A stretch of 61,239 nucleotides of DNA, the filler included, from Platydemus manokwari (Eukaryota): NCBI GenBank assembly GCA_037951405.1. It is 5 parts of 5 records of this genome, joined end to end, with 100 filler letters (N's around TTAATTAATTAA, not from the genome) between each part and the next. Parts side by side here need not be neighbours in the genome. Positions count along the whole stretch, not along the records: positions 1 to 10,173 come from JBBMOY011161325.1; positions 10,274 to 21,057 come from JBBMOY011105775.1; 3 more parts are not named here. One strand, given 5' to 3'. How positions within the stretch are numbered: the stretch's first letter is position 1; each line of letters begins with the position of its first letter. Below are positions 1 through 10,632 of this stretch, in pieces. Under the pieces are notes generated by a model that made no database searches, was not told the origin of the DNA, and was given only the letters and a program-made list of their open reading frames with translations. The position numbers and the translations under genes were made by a program.

Positions 1-719
1 GTTTAAATGATTTGGTAAAACAAAAACTTTAAACAACTAAAAAACATGAATAACTTTTGACTCAGCCTAATATTTATCTATGTTCATATTCTGAAATTGG
101 AAGAATATTTAAATGTCCAGTTTTATAATAAATATTTAAAACTTCTTCATAATTTTGTAAATGCCCTTGGAGATTCGATTCAACCCCTGTAAAATTATGT
201 ACATCATAAAGTTTTAACTTAGGACCTGTGCGATTAATGCGTAACTTGTTATTCTACTTTCTATATATTCCAGTTTTCATTTTTTGATTCAAATTTTGAT
301 TATTCAACTCGTTGCTTGTACATTTGCAATGCCAAGTTCGCTTTTCCTTATCACTTTCATTCCAGTTAACATTTCTTCTTTTCACTTAAATATGACAAGG
401 TTTTTATATTGAACTCTTCTAATTATGAGCACCAGCAGAATATGTATTATTCATTACACAATCAGCTATTTTTATAAAAATAATTAGTTAGACATTCTAA
501 GGTTAATTTTAAATGATGCACAGATCAGAAAAATGTACCCAATACATAAACGTTGATAAATGAATGTAAATACTGACAGAATACAGAGAGTTATATAAAT
601 AATTTGAAAAAAACAAAATATAAAATTCAGATCCTTCGTATTCTAATAGTGATTGAAATCAAAAATGGAATTAATTTAAATAAAAATGAAAACAGAAATT
701 TTTTAAAAAAATTACTAAA

Positions 720-1650
720 AACAAATATTTATTCATAAACATTGATAATCTAGATACCCGTGCATCAAAATATGGGATGTAAATGGTTCTTTTTTTCGAT
801 CGTTCCATGAATCACAGTACATTGGTTCAATAATACACTCGATTCAACGTTTCAACCAATTCTATCTCCGTCTTCCAGTCTCTGGGACATGCTTTCTCCT
901 AATTTTTAAACATGCCTTTTGGAACGCATTTTGGAGGTCTGAGTATTTTTCTATATTTTTTAGCGATTTTGACTATTAACGCAGGTTCGTCCATGGTGTA
1001 TTTTACATCGATCAGGACGTTCGTAGATTTTTTTGTTTAATTCTTTCAGCCTTGGCCAATAACATGTCTCGATTGCATTATGGGTGCATTAAAATATGTA
1101 TAACTATCATTCTCGGTGATTCTGAAAGTGGCATTGGGTTCACTTTCATATTTCTGGATATTTTTGGTAAAGATTACTGTAGAATTGGTTACCTTAGATC
1201 TCCGTTGAATTGTTTTAGTAATTTCATTGTACTCTTTCATGGTTCATTTATGTAAGGTAAATATGGTCAATTACAATGCTAACGAAGATAATTAATATAG
1301 TAAATAAATACTAATATCCACCATACATACTCGCAATTAATTCTGCAACAATTGAATTTCAGTAATTGATGTTCCGTTTAAATAATATGACCATTCTATA
1401 TGGTTGATGTCTGACTCAACATTTCGTTCGGTTTTCTTTGACTTCTCCAATTGAGCCTATTTATCGATTATCTTTCTGTACTTCGGAGTTTTTCTAATTC
1501 GCTCATATGAATATCCATTTTCAAGGCAATCCAGACTTGGTGACTTTTATCGGGAACACTTTCCTAAGGTTTCCACAATGAATGAGTCCCATAAGATTTT
1601 TACTATATGGGCACTCAATTATTTTGGTCACTTATTAGTCAAATATTCCC
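720..1650 (-). mobile_element. Highly degenerate Ty3/gypsy-like pol remnant
   Basis: ORF 1046-1240 SEPNATFRITENDSYTYFNAPIMQSRHVIG loosely resembles the RT-RNaseH linker (xPxxxFxLxTDASxxxIGAVLxQ). The minus-strand SLDCLENGY near 1520-1540 loosely resembles LDLxxGY. Many stops. Confidence 0.3.
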
Positions 1651-3079
1651 CCTTAACTCATTGGTTCTGCAATTTTTTCGCCCCCTGCAATACTCATTTC
1701 TGAACGACAATTTACATGTTTAAGTTTCCACATAAATGAACTGCACAAATGTTATAATATAATTTTTCCTTGGAATAGTTTTACATGTTGCCATTATTTG
1801 GTCGTATTTTGCTATGAGATCCATTTTTACTTTATTTTTCTCATTTTCTTATATTTGTTATTGATGCTCTCTTATTTGGTATCTTTTTGCCAGGTTTATC
1901 GCTGTCATTCTGATCATGACACATATTGCAATTATTTTAATTCATATAGGAGTATTATTTCTTACTAAGTTCCAACGCTTGGGATGGTACTTGTTTCTCG
2001 TTTTGCTTTGTCTACCTCCATGGTTATTTTTTGCATCATTCCAAGTACAACAATTGTCTCGGCGTTCCTCCTACATTCCATCATCTACATATTTTTAGGC
2101 AAAGTTCTTAATACTTGATAATTTCCTTTAGAAAACCTGTTTAATTTTGCTGTTTTTTCTTTCCTAACCTCTGAGCTGAGTATTCGGACTCTAGAAATGT
2201 ATTTATTATTGAGTTTATTTATTAGATTCTTGATGTTTTACTTTATTAAAAGGAGCATAAAGAGATATTTAAAATTTCATTTATTAAGAACGAATTGTGA
2301 GAAAAGATATACAAGTAATTATTTTGAGATTGATTAGCAACGAAACTGCTTAATTGTGTTAAACCGAAAATTAACCATGTAACTCACGAAATATTGATTA
2401 ATCAATAGTATTTGTCAGTTAATTTAAGTAGTCATAAATCTAAAATTGATAGTGCCTAAATCTAACATATTCACCTACGTTTTAAATTGTTATCGTTTTA
2501 ATTATGGCTAGTTTGGGACATCATAAAATCAATACTTGTTACAATTCAAATAATCAAAACATCCTTTTTTGAATATAAAATTGCATAATTAATGTTTTAT
2601 AATTCAATTAATTCCAAAAATCTTAACCAAATCATTTATCCATAGATAGCACATATCGACTGCAAATGTGAAATTTAATTTTCTAATTGATTTATTTTCA
2701 TCGCTAGATATCCATTTAATAATCTTTCTCATAATTTTCTTGGAATAATTTCATTTTCATTTTCAATTCAATCTCAACGCATCGAAGTTGATTTCTACTA
2801 AAATTATGAGGTAATTCGTTGACAAAGAAACTGTTGTTGATTTATTAATTTTACTATTAGCACATTCTCAAATACGTCGATATAAAACATGGGTGTGATT
2901 AAATAATTTAAAATATGAAGGTGTGCATCCAATCAAAAATATCAGAAAAACAAACAAATAAACCAACGAAACACTTCTATAATTGTATTATATCAAGTTA
3001 TTATTGAAAATCAGAGTCAACAAATATCCAAAACCAATATTATCCGGATCCAATATCAATCATAGATTATCGAAAAATA

Positions 3080-4781
3080 TCAACTCAAACCATTCAATTT
3101 TTTATCGATAATCGCCATATTCTTGGACATTGTTTCGAAATTGCCATTAATCGAAGATTGAATCTAAATCAAATTTCATCAAACATTTACATATTCAAAA
3201 CAATATCCATCAATATAATTCACATTTTTCAGTGCCATTTGACATGTTTGTTGCTTGAAACACATTTCCTGATGTTTCGTGTCGAGATAAGTGATGCATT
3301 GACCCAACTTTATACCTGAAAACATATTTATTCATTTAATTATATGAATAATGTTATGTGTCGAGTAGTCCCTGCAATTACCACACTATTTAACCGCCCT
3401 ATTCCCCCAAGTATTCTCTCATGATCCCAACCCACAACTAAATTCATCAACTCGAATTCCCGTGTGGACGGGCAGAGGGTGATCACATGCTGCGATTGCA
3501 TTTACGGTTTCATATCAACACATTTCTCAACACAAAAACTACTTTTCATATGGAAATCCTGCATGGAAACACATTGATCGATAATACTGGGAACGGCATC
3601 CACCACATGATCCCATTTTTTCACCAACTCATACAAAGCAGCAATCTAAATGAATTAATAAATCACTTATTCAAACACCGTCTCACTACAAAAACTGAAC
3701 CTTCATTTGTGATTCTTGATCCAAAGTGCTGGCATCGGAAGCGACTGTTGTCAGATTTTTAAGCTTATTTGACACAGCAACCAGCCTGCTTTCGATGATA
3801 TTTAATTGTGGATTGTTTAACAGGCCGGTTTTGGCTGTTAGCCTCTCAACTGCTTCAACGATGCCTTTGTTTGGACATTCGTTAACAATATAAGATAATT
3901 TAATACTGTCATCACCAAGCACCTTTTCAATAACGTCTAATCTCTTGCAAAGATTTGCCATCTGTAAATTTCATAGCAAATCATCACAAATAATCCACGT
4001 TTTATTGTTTAATTAATTATTAAAAATACATCTTTTCTTTACTTTTATTTGATTAATGTGTTCATTGACATCGGTATGATTCGTTATAACGTACGAATGA
4101 TTAGAAGACACTGTTGGCTTTTTCGACGCATCAAATTTCAATTCATCAATGTGGTTCGTTAATTTTCTTCAAAGAAAATGCAACATTTAACGAACTATTC
4201 AATTATGAAGTAAAAATGATTTCTTTACTTGTAAAGAAATTTATTTGGATCTTTAATTTCAAAACTTGCTTCAGGACCAAAATATTTATTTAAATTTAAC
4301 TCTTTAACTTGTAAACTAAGCCCTTCAATTAACATTAGCAATTGTTCTTTGGTAACTGGTTCATTTTTATTGGCACTGTTATTATCATAATTATTTTCTA
4401 TTTCTTTCGTAAGTGCATCCAATTCTGAAAGAATTCTTTTGGCTTTATCAAATGGATTCGTATTTATAGTCTGCAGAGAGATAATGATATTAATGAAAGA
4501 CATAAAAACACTAACATATTTAGATGTTTTTGTTATATCTATATGATAAAAATAAATAAATTATAAAATTATTTTAAAAACCATTTAATATTGCTTCCTT
4601 TCCTCTAAATCTGTTGAAAGCTGCAAGAGGGGTAACATTTAATTTTTCAACGCAATCTTTGATATCCTAACCGATATTTGTAAGTAATCAAAATCAAAAG
4701 CTTATTTCGTTTTACTTCTTCAAAATCTTGCTCAGCCTCTGGTAGATCTTCCGTTTCATAAACATCTTTGTAATCCATCAT
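3080..4781 (-). CDS. DCTN2: Dynactin subunit 2 (p50, dynamitin), about 8 exons
   Basis: Spliced minus-strand translation gives MMDYKDVYETEDLPEAEQ (dynamitin DVYETxDLPE motif), VEKLNVTPLAAFNRFRGK, NPFDKAKRILSELDALTKEI, KRLDVIEKVLG...VEAVERLTAKTGLL...IESRL, IAALYELVKKWDHVVDAVPSII, KLGQCITYLDTKHQ and IQSSINGNFETMSKNMAIIDKKLNGLS*. Junctions are GT-AG. An extra 5' exon is possible because a CAG acceptor directly precedes the ATG. Confidence 0.9.
3354..3488 (-). ncRNA. Putative intronic box H/ACA snoRNA in DCTN2 intron
   Basis: GC-rich 135-nt island in the only long (~225 nt) DCTN2 intron. Hairpin 1 has stems GUGAUC/GAUCAU, CCACA/UGUGG and GAAUUC/GAAUUU. The hinge has an H box AGAAUA. Hairpin 2 has UUGGG/CUCGA and GCGGUUA/UAAUUGC. 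ACA lies 14 nt after the upper stem. Confidence 0.7.
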
Positions 4782-6529
4782 CTGGTATATTTATGTATGA
4801 AGTTATAGTTAATTAAGAGATAGAATGTTATTCAAAATTATAATAGATTGAAATATTAAAACAACCATATATATGTATTTATACATGATTAGTCATTATT
4901 TAAGAAATTTATGCTCATAATAGATTAAATAATCTCTAAAGATTCTGATCACTTCAATAATTTAAACATAAATTGCATATCAGAAAAGGTGAAAAATCAT
5001 TAAAAAATAAAAGATTTCATTTATGTTATACCTGATTTCAAATAAAATAAGACAATTATTTTTAAATTAAATAAATTATTAGTTAAACGGGTTCTTTGAA
5101 AGTTATGAGTTTCTTAAAAATTAATATCTATTATTCCTGGTGAGGTAGGCCACTAATTGAAACTATTAATTTTTAATTTAACTAAAAGTATTTGCAATAC
5201 TCAATAATTTTAGTATTTTGTTAGGGTTTATGTGAGAACAGAGAAGGTTTACAGCTAATTGACCCTGAGCTAACCCGGTTCTACCAGACGCTTTATCTAT
5301 TTTGATAAGCAAGATATGGCAAGACAATCTGAAAATACAATGCCGATTTCATAAGAAGGTAAGTTCGAAAATCTTCGATCATAACTGAAGACAAATCTAA
5401 ATAAATATAAACTGATGCTGCATCCTACTGATTTTTGGGATCTGTGAATCACCAACCTTGACAGTTATATAATCGTGATCTTTGCTCCAGCGTTTATAGA
5501 TTATAATACATCATACTTATCTATTTATTTTATAAAATGAATCTTTATCTAATGGATGTATATGTTTTATGATTTACATGGTTTGTACTTTTTGAAAATT
5601 AACCCAAAAATGTTTGAAAATGTTGCTGACGAATTAACAAACTCACTGCCATAATTTGTTTGAGTTAAATTTGTTTACTTGAAAAATATTTTAATATAAG
5701 GAGTGTTGGTCCGTTTAATTAATTAAAAATCAGTATTGAGTTGTAAAGTATTCTTAAAAGTTGTATATTTGTTTTTAAAAGCGGAGTTTCTATTTAAATT
5801 GTCTTTGACTTTTGGTTTGTAAAAGTAATTAATTATTGAAAGAATAAATAGTAGGTTTTAAATATAATTAAATAGTAACTTGTTATATAATTTAAATAGA
5901 CTGATGGTCTAGAGGGTTAATTTAATTTTACGTCAAATTAGCGTCATCGAACTCACTTGTTAAAAGACTTTATAAGCCCAAGGGGACCCAAAAATTATGT
6001 GATAGTAATAACAATAAAATAAGAATTATGATTTTTAGCTGATAGTAGTTAATAAAAATAAACAAAAATTAAAGATTCTCAAAAAATTTCTAATCAAGTT
6101 AAAATCATATTTTTAAAATGATCTCAGAAACCAGTGAATCATAAAAATAACAAACCGAAAAAAATTTTAATAGTCAAACGAACAAATGGTGAGTCACTAA
6201 AATGATAACAAATCCGTTCAAACAATCATAGGCGAAAGAAAATAAACAAACACAAAATTATTCAGTTTAAATAGTCACATGTGAAAAAAGGCAACGGAAT
6301 TTTGAAGAAGAAAATAAATTTTATTTCAATTTAATATGAACCATGTTTAATATGAACATAACTTAATGTGAATTTTTAAGTCAAAAATTTTTGGAAATCA
6401 TATGCTTCCCATAGAAAATTATGTTTTATAATACGAACATTTTTTATTTTGAACAATGGAACAAAAATAGTGCAAATTAAATCAATAAATTATACAATTA
6501 TTGTTTAAGTATTTAATTTTTAACTGTCT

Positions 6530-7560
6530 TTTATGAACATGATAAACACAAATTCAAAACGAAAGAGAAAGGATTTAAGTATCGAAAAGAAACAAAAATT
6601 GATAAAATAATTCGATGAAGATAAAGGTTCTTCTCAACGCTTTTTTTCATTAAAATTAAATCTTTATTAATCTCTGTAAATAATCTAATGAAATCTAATG
6701 ACTCCATTTTGAATTCAAACTTAAATACCAAACAAAAGCGAAAACACATTTACTTAGTGTATATCAAGTTGATGTCATCTTATATGAATGGTTTCAGATC
6801 CAGAAAACAAGAAATATCAGTATCAGTGATATACTACAACAAAAAACATTAGAATTAGTAAATCACTTATGAAATCATGATTTTAAAGCATGACGTGATT
6901 GGCTTAATTCTTTTCTTTCCAGGCTTATGATATCATCCTAAAAGAATTATTGGGGAATCTAAAACTGTATGTTCTTAATTTTAAGGAATTGTATATGGAA
7001 AAGTTAAAAGAATATGAAGATAGAAACGTTAATAATTATGACGAAACTGGACTGTTCTGAAAATTCTCATTTAACAGAACATATACAATTTCTAAAGAGG
7101 GTAAGGCAAATGGTAAGTTTTCTAAAGATCGAATTGCTATACTCTTGGGAGCAAGCATGTTATGAGAAAAATTAAAGCTTTTAGTGATAAGCGGGTCGAA
7201 GGAACCTCGTTGTTTTAAAAATTATTATATAGGAAAATTGCCTACTTATTATCGTTGGAATATAAAATCTTGGATGACGTTGGCAATTTTTCAAAATTGG
7301 TTAACATATTTAAACAGTGAAATGAAAGCAGTGGATAGGAAAATTTTATTATTGTTAGACAATGTTAGACCTATTCATCCAAAAGACTTTGAATTGAGTA
7401 ATATCGAATTATTCTCTTTCTCAACAAATATGTCATTTCTTATTCAGCTTCTTGATTAAGGTATTATAAAAGGCTTTAGAGACTATTATAAGAAACTTTT
7501 GAGCCTGTAAGTGAATTTTAATTTAGATAATAACGTAACACAAGAGATATGGTGTAAAAA
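6530..7560 (+). mobile_element. Tigger/pogo-family DNA transposon remnant (CENP-B HTH + DDE_1 transposase, disrupted)
   Basis: Fragments LYEWFQIQ, DFKA*RDWL, NYDETGLF*K, KFSKDRIAILLGASML*EKLKLLVISGSKEPRCFK, KSWMT, RKILLLLDN, LIQLLD*GII. Contains stops and frameshifts. Confidence 0.85.
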
Positions 7561-10173
7561 GGTTGATTTATATCAAGCAGCAGACCTTAGGCAGCTTTTA
7601 AATTTGGAAATACTCTAAATCAACAAAAGTAGCCTTTTAGCTACGAGAAAATTAAATTACAGATATCCAGAAAATACAGCTGTCTGAGATCATATTTTAA
7701 AATATAATTGTATAAAATTATAGTTAAACTTACGTTAGAATTTCATTGACGTTTGTTTATTATTTTTTGATATTTCTATAAGGGACTTCGATAATGAGTA
7801 TTAAAGACTACAATATCAGTAACGGATTATCTAAAGGTTCCTTTTGATTTATAAATTAATAATTGAGCATCAATTGTTTTTAGACTGAGTGTTACCTACG
7901 TTGTATTGAAACTGAACGAATTTCATTAATAATAAAAGTTTAAATTAATACCTATTCAAATCACAACAAATATGAATGTTCGGTTATTATGAACACGATT
8001 GTAATTTGTAACCGTTTCCAAGAAAATTACTGAAAATGATATACATCATATTTAAGAATATTCGAAAAAATAACCAGTTTAAATTCTCCAAAGAACATCA
8101 AAGGGTTTTCACTAATGGCCAATGCATCACGCAAATTGATTATTGGAAGTCCAAAGCGGTCGGAAAAATAAGGAAAAATTGACATTAATAAAAATGCAAT
8201 GGCGAAATAACAGCTTAATGATACGAATATGAGTAAAAGCACATACGCGTAATTAATATTAATAATTATGTATAACAATTACTCCTCTTAAGTTGAAAAA
8301 AATCCAGATGTTAAATTAAAATCATTGAAGAAAAAATGATACCTGATTCGACTTCTTAAATAGAATTCTCGATCACGACAAATCGAATATAGATCTCGAT
8401 AATTATGATATTACTGTTGTAGCCTAGATGCATCGGTCTTACGAAATTCTACGGCATGTTGAGATTTCAGTATTCAAACTTTTCATTACAAAGTGTTAAT
8501 ATGCCAAGTCTTTTTTGTGAAAACTTTTTCGTGGTATTCTTTTTCGGTTTCCGATTATGTAAATACTATGTATTTTTTATGGCTATAAAATCTTTTTTAA
8601 TGCTTATTCTCTTTACTAATTATCTTATTAATTGATTATCTATTTTATTTTTCGATATTTTATTTATCTCGCCATCACATCTCAATTAACTCTTCATCTT
8701 CCCTTACACACAAAATAAAATTCAAAATATAATAGACTAATTAAATAAAGCAAATATCAATTGCAATCACATGTCAATTAATTAAAATCAGTTAAAAACC
8801 TAAAATAATCAATGCTGGATAAATAATCAAATATTGATAGTTAAAATGTTTTTTATAGTAAATATTGAATTGATATTAAATTTTTGTTGATCAGATATAG
8901 GCACGATACGTTACAAGATTTTTGGCTAAATCTGAATAGATTGATAAGAGATTATGTTTGAATTTGATTTGAACGGGTTGATAGGAGATTATGTTTGGAT
9001 TACTTATTTCAGATTATTTATAATGGAATACTTGAGCTGTACTCCAATAAACGTGCATGATAATAATGTGGAGTCTACATAATTCCTTAAAAATTGATCA
9101 GAATGAACTAAATTGAATTATTTGCTGAATAAAGTATGTTGAATTTCTAATTTTTTTATTTGTTGAAAATCAATATTGAGTTAGGAAAGATTAATAATTT
9201 TTGAATTGTACCTGGATTATCAGATCAATTATATTGTACGTGAAGTTAGTCAGGGCTACCAGAAATCGTATACATAGCTTACTACGGTGTACATTTTCTT
9301 TCTTGAAGCTTAGAGAATTTTCAATTTGGTTTTACAGTTGACCGGATACAATAATTGTTTGGCTACTGACAAACAATTTAATGTAATTATTTAAGTTTTT
9401 AATAATAGTATTTAATTCTCAAAATCTTAGTTATCTGATAACGTAAATAATCCTAAATGTATTTGTATTTTAAACTGAGACTGATCTTATATAAGCAAAG
9501 CAAGCTTATGCAGTTGAATCTTCTTTACATTCCATCAGCTAATCATTATTAAATTCATAATTTATTTACGTTTGTCCTTGAAGCCAGAGTCTCGATTTAC
9601 TTTAAATCGGATATTTTATTTATTTCTTTATTGAAAATTGTAGGATTCTAGTGGAGTTTTTTAAAAGATAACTAGTAAAATCAATAACCTCATTTCAAAA
9701 GAGTAAGTTTAATTTTTTATTATTCATGTCTTGTTTAATAGTATGACAATTTTCAATAATTTTTCGATTCCTTAACTATTTATCAAGAAGAATATCAAGT
9801 TTTATATCATGGATTTCAAAATAAATTTTCAAAAGAAAGTATAATAGAAATATTTAATCACCTAGACAATTTTGATAAAGATCTATCTATCAAAAAAATT
9901 TGTGAACTCTATACAGAAAGATTTTCTAAAAAATTTAATAATTCTATAACTATAACAATGGTATCTAAATGTGAAAAAATTATAAATATTATTATAAAAA
10001 TAAATATTTATTTGAGTTTAATATAATGATAAATATAGAAAGCATTGCCTCAATATTATCAGTAATTATTAATACCAGAGATGATTTAGAAATTATGATA
10101 GGAATACCATTATTTACTGATAATAATTTACTATTAAAAAAATAAATATAAATTTTCTGTATAAAAAAATGTC

Positions 10174-10273
10174 NNNNNNNNNNNNNNNNNNNNNNNNNNN
10201 NNNNNNNNNNNNNNNNNTTAATTAATTAANNNNNNNNNNNNNNNNNNNNNNNNNNNNNNNNNNNNNNNNNNNN
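10174..10273. other. Assembly gap with TTAATTAATTAA spacer (also ~21058, ~34979, ~51795; plain N gap 60954-61145)
   Basis: 100-nt N runs with a central all-frame stop linker. Confidence 0.95.
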
Positions 10274-10632
10274 TCTGCAAATGGAAAATATTTTGATTGA
10301 ATTTCATTAAATAAATATTTTAAAAAATGTTTTTGTTTTTAAAAAAAAAAGCCGGAATCATTCTAATACACCTAATAATTCAGTTTACATTTACTTTTAA
10401 TACCTTAATTTTATTGATAAATTATAATATAATTATTTATTTTAATAATAATATTGACATTATTATTAATTATTATTATTAAAATATTATTATTATTAAA
10501 ATGAAAACATTAATTATAAGAAATTTTACTAAAATTATACAACGGTTACTAAAAATATCTTGATGCTATTGATAAATTATCAGATAAAATCACTAGTCAT
10601 TTATTGGATAAATCGATACTGAAATAAATTTG

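Noticed and set aside
3487-3762. 91-aa plus-strand ORF
   Set aside because: Antisense to DCTN2 exons.
8027-8460. Exon-like minus-strand stretches
   Set aside because: In-frame stop and no recognisable homology.
10218-10229. Palindromic TTAATTAATTAA repeated inside four N runs
   Set aside because: Artificial six-frame-stop scaffold linker, not biology.
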